A stretch of DNA of 35,376 nucleotides from Candidatus Zambryskiibacteriota bacterium (GCA_016202965.1 JACQNQ010000028.1:1-35376), one strand, 5' to 3'. Numbered from the stretch's first letter, positions 1 to 9,628 are shown. Numbers and translations are program-made. Notes: generated from the letters alone by a model not told the origin.

Positions 1-69
1 CACCTCGCTTTCTTGGGTTGGGAATGTGCGGTTTTGACCAAGCCACTATAGCTCAATCACTCTGTCACT

Positions 70-98
70 ATCATAGCATAACTGATGTCTGTCGTCAA
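70..98 (-). promoter_or_regulatory. sigma70-type promoter firing toward the window start (TTGACG-17 nt-TATGAT)
   Basis: The reverse complement reads TTGACG (93-98), a 17-nt spacer, then TATGAT (70-75). The downstream transcript (about 63 to 1) has no start codon and ends at the window edge in GAGGTG (SD-like). It is probably the 5' UTR of a minus-strand gene lying before position 1. Confidence 0.4.
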
Positions 99-105
99 GG
101 GCAAC

Positions 106-126
106 AAAAAATCCGCACATTTGCGG
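106..126 (-). terminator. intrinsic terminator downstream of tRNA-Met(CAT)
   Basis: The minus strand reads CCGCA-AATG-TGCGG followed by ATTTTTT. Confidence 0.55.
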
Positions 127-184
127 TTCTTTGCTTCCTAACCAGTTATACACAGATTTATAAAATGAAGAGAAAACAAATTTG

Positions 185-258
185 TGTCGACGCCAAGAGT
201 TGCACTTGGGACCTGGCGCTTATGAAACGCCCGCTCTAACTACCTGAGCTACGCCGAC
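185..258 (-). tRNA. tRNA with CAT anticodon (elongator Met or lysidine-dependent Ile2)
   Basis: Hand-folded cloverleaf: GTCGGCG TA GCTC AGGTAGTTA GAGC G GGCGT TTCATAA GCGCC AGGTC CCAAG TGCAACT CTTGG CGTCGAC A. Position 1:72 is paired (G-C), so it is not an initiator. No CCA is encoded. The T-loop is TGCAACT rather than TTCRANY. Confidence 0.9.
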
Positions 259-339
259 TAAAACATTTGTAAGACAAACGTTCGCCCGTCCACCCTTGAG
301 GGATTAGGACAATAAAAGAAATATAGCAGAAAAAATGCA

Positions 340-370
340 AAAACAAAACCGCATAAGCGGTTTTGTTTTT
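340..370. terminator. bidirectional hairpin terminator
   Basis: AAAACAAAACCGC-ATAA-GCGGTTTTGTTTT, with an A-run and a T-run flanking the stem. It lies just 3' of the tRNA-fMet gene on the minus strand. Confidence 0.6.
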
Positions 371-375
371 ACTTG

Positions 376-446
376 TTGCGGAGGACAGATTTGCACTGTC
401 GTCTTTGGGTTATGAGCCCAATGAGCTACTGTTGCTCCACCCCGCT
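376..446 (-). tRNA. initiator tRNA-fMet (CAT)
   Basis: AGCGGGG TG GAGC AACAGTA GCTC A TTGGG CTCATAA CCCAA AGAC GACAG TGCAAAT CTGTC CTCCGCA A. It has three consecutive G-C pairs closing the anticodon stem and a 1:72 mismatch (A-A), and resembles E. coli tRNA-fMet. The D-loop lacks GG and the T-loop is TGCAAAT. Confidence 0.9.
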
Positions 447-518
447 ACTGAAGAACGGTAGCATAGCGAATGTAAAAAATCAATCTTGAATCCTTAAAAC
501 TTTCAAATTATGGAAGTT

Positions 519-1178
519 TTAAATAATTTTAAATTCTTCAAATACTTTTTGGTATAAAGTTATAGTTTCTCTGGCTTGTCTCTGGGTCAAAATAAATCCC
601 GAACCCTCATGGGCAATTAAGTTTCTCACTTTATGAGCCTCCCAGGCTCTGTCAATCGTAATGAAGTCGTTTCTGTCCACCGCTTTCAGTTTGTCTCCCA
701 TCGTTTCTCCCGGTAGATTCATTTCATCTAAAATCTGACCGAGCATAATATCGGCTTCCATTATTGATTGTCTCCAATCATTTTCATTTGTAGATTCAAT
801 ATGATTAAGGATTTGTTCCCATTGCGGATTAATACTTTCTGTAACAGCGGAAATTTCCGGGTAAAGTAACTTGTTTTCATTTCGTCGCAATACTATAACT
901 TTTCTTATTAAATACGATATCCATCCAGCTAAAACAACAGATAAAAAAATCATAAATGCTCTGATAATCCATATCAGCAAGGAATCTCCGGTTATAAAAT
1001 CTTTAATTTCACTCCACAAAGCGTAAGGCGACAGTACGCTTGAACTTATGAGCAAGATGAAGGCGTTTATCAAATATAAAGCGACGAGAATAAAGAAAAT
1101 TATAAAAACAATTTCCACAAAAGGGTCCGGGTGTCTAAAGAGAGATATTTTGGTTTCTGGTTTTTTGTCGGGGGGCAT
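519..1178 (-). CDS. membrane-anchored protein of unknown function with a C-terminal helical domain carrying an R-x4-H (HEPN/DUF4145-like) motif
   Basis: 219-aa ORF. Two hydrophobic helices (VEIVFIIFFILVALYLINAFILLI; LLIWIIRAFMIFLSVVLAGWISYLI). The soluble C-terminal part ends in AWEAHKVRNLIAHE. Confidence 0.75.
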   Translation of the reverse strand: MPPDKKPETKISLFRHPDPFVEIVFIIFFILVALYLINAFILLISSSVLSPYALWSEIKDFITGDSLLIWIIRAFMIFLSVVLAGWISYLIRKVIVLRRNENKLLYPEISAVTESINPQWEQILNHIESTNENDWRQSIMEADIMLGQILDEMNLPGETMGDKLKAVDRNDFITIDRAWEAHKVRNLIAHEGSGFILTQRQARETITLYQKVFEEFKII

Positions 1179-1206
1179 GGTTGATTTTTATAGTATAACA
1201 AAATTG

Positions 1207-1358
1207 TTTGAAGTTCTGTAAGAATTTTTTCAGAAATACTCGCTTTTCCTGCGAAAAGCTCATTCTGTCCTCGGCCACAATTTTGTCAAGATGAATGCCT
1301 TGACAAAAACCGTGCTTGCGACCTGCGGATGTTCTGAAAAAATTCTTACAGAACTTCA
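1207..1358 (-). repeat. family X structured repeat, copy 1 (RNA-sense orientation = minus)
   Basis: Outer stem TTTGAAGTTCTGTAAGAATTTTTTCAGAA (1207-1235) pairs with TTCTGAAAAAATTCTTACAGAACTTCA (1332-1358). The ~85-nt core is about 90% identical to the reverse complement of the 28945-29030 core. Its right arm overlaps the last codons and stop of gatA. Confidence 0.8.
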
Positions 1359-2770
1359 TTCAAAAACTTTTTTCCCACTTCAAACAGTAAATCTTCTCCG
1401 GAATGAGGAGCCATAAATTGAATTCCCAGAGGCAATTTCTTGCCTGCCTGCGCAGGCAGGCCTTCCAATTCCATAAATCCGGATGGAATGGAAATAGCCG
1501 GCAAGCCGACTATGTTTGCCGTTACTGTGAAAACATCGGCAAGATAGACCGATAAGGGGTCGCTTTTCTCCCCTATTTTCCAAGCCGGTATGGGAGATGT
1601 CGGTGTTAAAACCAAATCAATTTCTTTAAACATTTCTGTAAATTCTTTTTTCAAAGCTGTTCGAGCTTTTTGTGCTTTGCCATAGTAAGCATCATAATAA
1701 CCGGCGGATAAAACATATGTGCCGAGAAGAATTCTTCTTCTGACTTCTTTGCCAAAACCTTGTCCTCGCGTCAGAACATAATCTTCCAGTAAATTTTTAC
1801 CGTCAATATGGAGACCGTACTTTACTCCGTCAAAGCGGGCCAGATTTGATGAAACTTCGGCAAAGTTAATAATATAATACAGAGCCAGACAGTTTGGCAA
1901 TTTTATATCTTTTATTTTATAACCAAGTTTTTCAAGATTTTTGACAACTTTTTTAAAGTTTTCTTTAACTTTCAAGTCAATTCCCTCCTGATTAATCAAG
2001 TCCCAAGGCACACCTATGATTAATTGTTTTTTGGAAAGAGAATCTGAATCAATTGATGTACTGTCCAAAACGTCACGACCTTTTATGGCTTCAAACAAAA
2101 TTTGAGCATCTTCCACTGTTTTCCCAAGCGACCCGATGACATCAAAAGACGATACCGCCGCCATAAGACCATATCGAGAAACTCCACCATATGTCGGTTT
2201 CATCCCGACAACTCCGCAAAAAGCAGCCGGGAGACGCAATGACCCTCCCGTGTCAGAACCGATAGCTCCGAGAGTCATATCACTGGCTACAGCCGCTGCC
2301 GAACCTCCGGAAGTTCCTCCCGGAACTCTGCTGGTATCATGAGGATTTTTTGTCACTCCATAAGCCGAGTTTTCGGTGGAACTACCCAAGGCAAACTCGT
2401 CCATATTTGTCCTACCTAAAAATACTGCCCCTTGTTTTTTTAGTTTTGAAATAACAGTAGAATCATATGGAGCCACAAAACCTTCTAAAATTTTGGAAGC
2501 TGAAGTGGCTTTTTTACCAGCAACCAAAATATTATCTTTTATAGCCAGAGGAATTCCCAAAAGTGGGTGGTTTTCTCCTTTACTAATTCTTTCATCGGCC
2601 ACTTTGGCTTGTTCCAAAACATCATCGTAAACTTCAAGATAAGCGTTAAGTTCCGGATTTTTCTTTTCTATTTCAGCAAGATATGTTTTGACCAAATCCA
2701 CAGCGGAAAAATCGCCTTTCATCAGATGTTCGTGCGCCGTTTTTATAGTTAATTTATCCAAATCTATCAT
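1346..2770 (-). CDS. gatA: Glu/Asp-tRNA amidotransferase subunit A
   Basis: 474 aa. Amidase signature (GGTSGGSAAAVAS, GSDTGGSLRLPA, IKDNI). It follows gatC on the same strand. Confidence 0.95.
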   Translation of the reverse strand: MIDLDKLTIKTAHEHLMKGDFSAVDLVKTYLAEIEKKNPELNAYLEVYDDVLEQAKVADERISKGENHPLLGIPLAIKDNILVAGKKATSASKILEGFVAPYDSTVISKLKKQGAVFLGRTNMDEFALGSSTENSAYGVTKNPHDTSRVPGGTSGGSAAAVASDMTLGAIGSDTGGSLRLPAAFCGVVGMKPTYGGVSRYGLMAAVSSFDVIGSLGKTVEDAQILFEAIKGRDVLDSTSIDSDSLSKKQLIIGVPWDLINQEGIDLKVKENFKKVVKNLEKLGYKIKDIKLPNCLALYYIINFAEVSSNLARFDGVKYGLHIDGKNLLEDYVLTRGQGFGKEVRRRILLGTYVLSAGYYDAYYGKAQKARTALKKEFTEMFKEIDLVLTPTSPIPAWKIGEKSDPLSVYLADVFTVTANIVGLPAISIPSGFMELEGLPAQAGKKLPLGIQFMAPHSGEDLLFEVGKKFLNEVL

Positions 2771-2783
2771 TTCATTGTAATTT

Positions 2784-2873
2784 AGTTTATAAAGTTGAAA
2801 GTTTTTAAAGTTTGTAAAGTAGAATGTATTTGATTTGACTTTATAAACTTTATAACTTTACGAACTTTTAACT
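2784..2873. repeat. family Y hairpin repeat (AAAGTT-unit arms), copy Y1
   Basis: Left arm AGTTTATAAAGTTGAAAGTTTTTAAAGTTTGTAAAGT, loop AGAATGTATTTGATTTG, right arm ACTTTATAAACTTTATAACTTTACGAACTTTTAACT. About 85% identical to copy Y2 at 6027-6119. Confidence 0.85.
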
Positions 2874-2876
2874 GTT

Positions 2877-3155
2877 CTATAATATCTTTTTTACTTTAAT
2901 ATAATTGCCTTCCCGAGACGGCGCATTGGATAAAATGGCTTTGGTATGTTCTCCCGGAGAATGTGTTACCGTATCTTCGCGCATTATATTTTGAAGAGTG
3001 GGTGTTTCTTCAATATTTTCGGTAGAAATGTCTTTTATTTGCCCGACATATTCCAAAATAGAATCTATTTCGGAAGTCATTTTCTCCGCTTCACCTTCTG
3101 ATACGCTGATTCTGGCCAGTTGCGCCAAGTGTTTTATTTCTTCTTTAGTAATCAT
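2877..3155 (-). CDS. gatC: Glu/Asp-tRNA amidotransferase subunit C
   Basis: 92 aa. N-terminal ITKEEIKHLAQLARISVSEGEAEKMTSEIDSILEYV is typical of GatC. It lies immediately upstream of gatA. Confidence 0.85.
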   Translation of the reverse strand: MITKEEIKHLAQLARISVSEGEAEKMTSEIDSILEYVGQIKDISTENIEETPTLQNIMREDTVTHSPGEHTKAILSNAPSREGNYIKVKKIL

Positions 3156-3332
3156 TGATTTAGAGTATCAAATTTATACAGAATAATCTAATGTTTTTAA
3201 ATGTTTACTTATACACATATGTACTTGACATAAAAAAGCTGTAACGACTCGAAGTCGAGAGAGGTTTGGGTTTGTGCCGCGAGGAATATGAGGATATAAC
3301 TTGCGGCACAGATCTTTTATTATTTTTAACTT

Positions 3333-5453
<2,121 letters not shown>

Positions 5454-5462
5454 TTTTATATT

Positions 5463-6020
5463 TTAATACGTTAACGTTACTCCTCTCTCAAAGCGTCGGG
5501 AAGCCGATGTGTCGCAAGTGTTATACCCCCTGGAATCCACCGTGGTGCGTCCGTCTGACAATTTCGTCACTCTGACAATAGCGCATCCTTTTGCAAAACT
5601 TAACCAAAAAATACTGGTTGGACGCGTGTTGCCTCCTCCGCCAATTAAACTTGGCTGTGCCGGTATTGTCGGTACTGTTTGATTATTTGGAGGATTGGTT
5701 GAAATGGTTTGACCATTACAACTAATTGTTTGGGTACTGGAGATATCAAAAGCGCTTTTAGGAGCATTGGCGTTCGGAGGGTTGGTATTTCTTAAATCCC
5801 AAAAGAAAGCGCACTCCGCGCCGCTGTCAGCTGAATAAAAAGCGTATTGCGATTCCTCGGCGGCAAAAGTTAAAACCAGTTGTTTGACGGCAATATTGAC
5901 CACCACAAAACTGACAAGCAAAAGTATGGATGTGACAATAGTGGCAACAAGCAATGTGAAACCCCTACTCAAATTTGTTTTCGTAGTATGCAGTATTTCT
6001 TTGCTTTGTAATATTTTCAT
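5463..6020 (-). CDS. minor pilin / PilX-like pseudopilin (no Glu5)
   Basis: 185 aa. The N-terminus SRGFTLLVATIVTSILLLVSFVV resembles a prepilin leader plus hydrophobic helix but lacks E at +5. It is the last gene of the pilin cluster. Confidence 0.65.
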   Translation of the reverse strand: MKILQSKEILHTTKTNLSRGFTLLVATIVTSILLLVSFVVVNIAVKQLVLTFAAEESQYAFYSADSGAECAFFWDLRNTNPPNANAPKSAFDISSTQTISCNGQTISTNPPNNQTVPTIPAQPSLIGGGGNTRPTSIFWLSFAKGCAIVRVTKLSDGRTTVDSRGYNTCDTSASRRFERGVTLTY

Positions 6021-6026
6021 ATATTT

Positions 6027-6119
6027 AGTTTATAAATTTATAAAGTTTTTAAAGTTTGTAAATTGGAATGTGAATTTGAATCTACTTTATGAACTTTATA
6101 ACTTTATGAACTTTCAACT
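6027..6119. repeat. family Y hairpin repeat, copy Y2
   Basis: AGTTTATAAATTTATAAAGTTTTTAAAGTTTGTAAAT / loop TGGAATGTGAATTTGAATCT / ACTTTATGAACTTTATAACTTTATGAACTTTCAACT. Confidence 0.85.
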
Positions 6120-6121
6120 GC

Positions 6122-6661
6122 TCATTGATGATTAAAAAGTAACTCGCTGATTTGGAACGACTTAGTGACGCCTCTATTTAACCAGCTGATATTAATCAGC
6201 GCTTTAACTTCACTGGCTGAAATTGATTGAAACTGTATCTCGCGCTTAAAATTTAACTGCGTCCAGCCGGAAGTGTAACCGTAAAGACCGGTGGACGGAC
6301 TCTGTCTTATGTTCGGACAAGAGCCAAACCCGCCGGAGCAAGCGGCTGTGGTTTTTAAGGGAGAGTCAATGGTGCATGTTTTGCCAAAAAAACACGGGTC
6401 TCCCGCGCTAGCTGAAAGTGAAGCCAGCCAGTTTGTCGGCGTTCCGCTTACGGAACGCAAAGCATTTTCATCCCGGATGTTTCTGATAAATTCCATTCCT
6501 TCTTGAGCAAGCCAAAAAGCGGTTACTTGGTCTTTGGCTATTGTGGAGGATTGAATGCCGCTTTGCACCGCCGTAAAAGTGGCGGCAATGGACATAGTCA
6601 AGATACTAATGGCCACAAGCGTTTCAACTAGTGTGAAACCTCTAGAGAATTTTGTTTTCAT
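6122..6661 (-). CDS. type IV minor pilin / pseudopilin (prepilin-type N-terminal cleavage/methylation domain)
   Basis: 179 aa. MKTKFSRGFTLVETLVAISILTMSIA contains the G|FTLxE motif plus a hydrophobic helix. Confidence 0.8.
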   Translation of the reverse strand: MKTKFSRGFTLVETLVAISILTMSIAATFTAVQSGIQSSTIAKDQVTAFWLAQEGMEFIRNIRDENALRSVSGTPTNWLASLSASAGDPCFFGKTCTIDSPLKTTAACSGGFGSCPNIRQSPSTGLYGYTSGWTQLNFKREIQFQSISASEVKALINISWLNRGVTKSFQISELLFNHQ

Positions 6662-6792
6662 AATTTAATTATACTACAAAATTCTTCTGGTGGTGGTAAT
6701 AGCCACATCCGCAAAATCTCTTTCAGCATATTCATAACGTAAAAACTTAATTTATTGGTAGACTCTTTTTTTATTTTCTAAATTTTTAAAAT

Positions 6793-6824
6793 TTCATATC
6801 TTACGATATATCGTAAGATATGAA
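6793..6824. repeat. family P perfect palindrome, copy P1
   Basis: TTCATATCTTACGATATATCGTAAGATATGAA is a 32-nt perfect palindrome with the conserved centre ACGATATATCGT. Confidence 0.9.
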
Positions 6825-6878
6825 TTATTCGTAGCCATTCGTAGATTCGCGCATTATTCACATATTCACAGATTTTTA

Positions 6879-7442
6879 TTACTGGAAATCAAAGAGACGT
6901 TGAGATACGGTTGTTTCGAGAGTAAATGTCGTCTGACTTGTCGGTTTTAGTCCGGCAAAACCGGAAACCACAATTATAACCTGCGGCTGAAGTAAATTCA
7001 CGCCATTGGAATACGGAGCCGAACCGAAAACTCTGAAGGCCAGGTTGGTAATGGTCACATCCGGTGAAGTGATTGGGTAATAATCCGCGCTGTTTGTTGA
7101 TTTCTCAATACGGCCGGAGTTTAGTCTATATGTTGTCGTCAGCCCATTAAACAATACGGCCATCGTGTCAGACGGGTTATTGTTGCCACAATCCTGCGGG
7201 GTCGTTATCGGTACCGCTCCGCCCGGTCCGCAGTGATAATTTTGTCCAAAACGAATGGACCTGGTCATAGATTCCATTGTTGAATTAAGGTTATCCATAA
7301 CAGCCCGGAGAGTCTGGGATTTCCTGTTAGCGTCAAGAACGGAGAGAATTGAACCCGTACTTAAGACCATAACAACGCTAAAAATAGAAACTGCAACCAT
7401 TATTTCTATAAGTGAAAAACCTTTAGAAAACTTTACTTTCAT
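6879..7442 (-). CDS. type IV minor pilin / pseudopilin
   Basis: 187 aa. MKVKFSKGFSLIEIMVAVSIFSVV carries the G|FSLIE prepilin motif. Confidence 0.8.
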   Translation of the reverse strand: MKVKFSKGFSLIEIMVAVSIFSVVMVLSTGSILSVLDANRKSQTLRAVMDNLNSTMESMTRSIRFGQNYHCGPGGAVPITTPQDCGNNNPSDTMAVLFNGLTTTYRLNSGRIEKSTNSADYYPITSPDVTITNLAFRVFGSAPYSNGVNLLQPQVIIVVSGFAGLKPTSQTTFTLETTVSQRLFDFQ

Positions 7443-7474
7443 AATTTAATTATACTTTAAACCAGCTAGAATTT

Positions 7475-7603
7475 GTAGAACTTTCATAATCTGGATGAAT
7501 TTTGAGGCGCAAGCTTTGTTTGTGACCAAGCTGTAGTAACCTACTACGCGTGGAACAAACAAAGTGAAGCAACAAAAAAATTCGCCAGATTTGGAAGTTC
7601 TAC
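7475..7603. repeat. family Z-related long imperfect hairpin, copy Z1
   Basis: GTAGAAC...GTTCTAC outer pairing. Inner stem CTTTGTTTGT/ACAAACAAAG encloses the hairpin GTAGTA-ACC-TACTAC. It shares GGATGAAnTnnGAGGCG and TGAAG..CAACAA blocks with Z2 and Z3. Confidence 0.6.
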
Positions 7604-8187
7604 TGTACGGAAATTTGACCTGTGGACTGTACGGTCACAGTCTCGGTTTTCCCTTTCGGCGAAATCAGGATAACCTTTCCAATCAGAGCGCCTCCGACTG
7701 AAGCTCCGCTACTATTTGAAAAATTAATTTTAGCATCCGGATTTGGCCGCTTAAATGTGACTTGAATACCGGAAACTTCCGGTATCGGACAGCTTGCCCC
7801 GCATATTTGAGAAATTTTTATGCCGTTACGAAAAGTCATTTTTTCAACACATTCGGTCGATGAACTGCCGCATCCGCTGTTAACGTCATATAAATTGTTG
7901 CTATTTTTATCCACAAAAATATAATAATTAGTCGGGTCAGTCGCACTAAAATAAATGCCGTAAGCCAAATCAAATTGTCCGCTGCCGACAGATACTTCTT
8001 TGACGGACAAACCGTATGTTTGGGATTTCCTTACTCCGATAGCCAGTTCTTGGCCAGCAGAAGTCAACGCCAAATTATCATTAAATGTCCCGTAATTCCA
8101 AAGTACGGTTACCATAATGAGACTGACAATGCTGACAGAAACCATAAGCTCAATTAAGGTGAAACCAAGCTTAGTTATAAAGTTCAT
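7600..8187 (-). CDS. type IV minor pilin (GspH/FimT-like, tentative)
   Basis: 195 aa. [25 protein letters not shown] carries the prepilin motif. Its start overlaps the pilD stop (ATGA). Confidence 0.8.
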   Translation of the reverse strand: MNFITKLGFTLIELMVSVSIVSLIMVTVLWNYGTFNDNLALTSAGQELAIGVRKSQTYGLSVKEVSVGSGQFDLAYGIYFSATDPTNYYIFVDKNSNNLYDVNSGCGSSSTECVEKMTFRNGIKISQICGASCPIPEVSGIQVTFKRPNPDAKINFSNSSGASVGGALIGKVILISPKGKTETVTVQSTGQISVQ

Positions 8188-9056
8188 AAAGTTATAAAGT
8201 TTATAAAGTCATTCAAACCCAAGATATCAATGTGAGTGAAGAAAATTATAACGGTGGCAAGAACAAGAAAAGGAGCGAACGGCACTTCTGAATGAAGATT
8301 TACTTTTTGACTGACTGTTTTAGTCAATCGGCTGTGAATAAACAGGTAAATGCTCCATATGGCGCCGAGCCAGAAAGCCAGTATAACCGCGGATATGCCA
8401 AGAATAAAACCTAAAAGAGCGCCTATGCCAAAAACTAATTTTAAATCGCCAAAGCCAATCCATCTGCCTTTGGACAAAAGCCAGAGCAAAAGAAGAGGCA
8501 TAAATAAGATAAGCGGAGAGAGCAAATCAAAAATCCCTACCCGAGTGATTATAAAATTCTTGGAATAGAAAAATAATAAAAGTTTTATGACGGCCAATAT
8601 AATAAAGATGTACACAAAGATATTGGGAATGACTTTGTGCCGAATGTCGTAGATGACAATAACCAAGAGCAGACTGAAAACAAAAGCGTAATAAATAAAA
8701 AATAAGACTGAATAGAGCAGGCCGTACTGAAAACCGCTGTAGAGAGGCCACAAGTAGAATTGTCTCAAGGCGATACCCACAAAAATAAGGCCGGTCAAGA
8801 GTTCAACCAAAGGGTACTGCCATGATATTTTGGACTTGCAACGAGAACATTTGCCGGAAAGAAAAAGAAACGAAATAATCGGCACGAGTTCACGCCACGA
8901 AAGCTTGGCATTGCAAGTCAGGCAACGCGAACGGCCGAACAAAGGAGATGCGCCGGTGTTATAACGCAGTGAAATGACGTTTATAAAACTGCCAACGATT
9001 GTTCCTAAAATAAATATAAAGACTAAAGATATGACATCCATTTGTTTATTATACAA
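8184..9056 (-). CDS. pilD: prepilin peptidase (A24 family)
   Basis: 290 aa polytopic membrane protein. N-terminal Cys pairs (CLTCNAKL...CSRCKSKI) and the aspartyl-protease motif GFGDLKL. Confidence 0.9.
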   Translation of the reverse strand: MYNKQMDVISLVFIFILGTIVGSFINVISLRYNTGASPLFGRSRCLTCNAKLSWRELVPIISFLFLSGKCSRCKSKISWQYPLVELLTGLIFVGIALRQFYLWPLYSGFQYGLLYSVLFFIYYAFVFSLLLVIVIYDIRHKVIPNIFVYIFIILAVIKLLLFFYSKNFIITRVGIFDLLSPLILFMPLLLLWLLSKGRWIGFGDLKLVFGIGALLGFILGISAVILAFWLGAIWSIYLFIHSRLTKTVSQKVNLHSEVPFAPFLVLATVIIFFTHIDILGLNDFINFITL

Positions 9057-9077
9057 CTAATAAAAGCTACTCACAAC

Positions 9078-9105
9078 AAAAAAATCGACTGGTGTCGATT
9101 TTTTT
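9078..9105. terminator. bidirectional hairpin terminator after the major pilin gene
   Basis: AAAAAAATCGAC-TGGT-GTCGATTTTTTT lies 25 nt past the pilA-like stop on the minus strand. Confidence 0.7.
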
Positions 9106-9129
9106 AAACAATTTTAGTCAAAGAGTATT

Positions 9130-9537
9130 TTATGGACAAACAGTGGTTGTAACCGGACCTGTTGGCTTAGCCGACCCCGTGCTATCTACGCACCAATATC
9201 CGCTGGATTTCAGTGGAGCGCTTGCCGCCCAAGCTCCGCTAGCGTCAAAACAAGCGTCTGACGTTGTGTTGCCCGCGCCCGCCATACTTGCCGCATCAAG
9301 TCCTTTTGCAACATTCGGGTCTTCTGGGCAAACACCGGCATAGCTGCCATTGGTGCCGTCATAGACAAGTTCAGCTTGAGCTCGGATATTATTGAGATTA
9401 GCTTTGACCGCCGCATCTGCTCCTTTATTCCTTGCGTTATTGAGAGAAGCCAGCACAACCGAAGAAAGAATGCCGATGATAGCGATAACCACTAAAAGCT
9501 CTATTAGAGTGAAACCGCCAATGAATTTTTTTCTCAT
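9130..9537 (-). CDS. major type IV pilin (PilA-like)
   Basis: 135 aa. MRKKFIGGFTLIELLVVIAIIGILSSVVLASL is the canonical class III signal peptide plus alpha1 helix. The C-terminal domain has four Cys. The gene has its own terminator. Confidence 0.85.
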   Translation of the reverse strand: MRKKFIGGFTLIELLVVIAIIGILSSVVLASLNNARNKGADAAVKANLNNIRAQAELVYDGTNGSYAGVCPEDPNVAKGLDAASMAGAGNTTSDACFDASGAWAASAPLKSSGYWCVDSTGSAKPTGPVTTTVCP

Positions 9538-9628
9538 ATTATATAAATTTATTAATATTATGTAAGGTCCCTGTATTGTATAACGAAAGTCTAAGTGTGG
9601 AAAGTCATTCTGTGGATAAATGCACGCC

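Noticed and set aside
1-14. CACCTCGCTTTCT at the window start as a possible 16S rRNA 3' end with an altered anti-SD
   Set aside because: Only about 6 nt resemble the GGATCACCTCCTT tail, and there is no supporting rRNA sequence in the window. The segment is better explained as the SD-like end (GAGGTG on the minus strand) of a 5' UTR driven by the promoter at 70-98.
18-239. 73-aa plus-strand ORF at the window start
   Set aside because: It overlaps a well-folding minus-strand tRNA (185-258), a terminator and a promoter. It has no start context and its sequence is not protein-like.
1135-1359. 74-aa ORF (and the analogous 62-aa ORF at 28826-29014) overlapping family X repeats
   Set aside because: The conserved nucleotide core is read in different frames in the two copies, so the conservation is not at protein level. 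The 28826-29014 ORF also overlaps tRNA-Arg.
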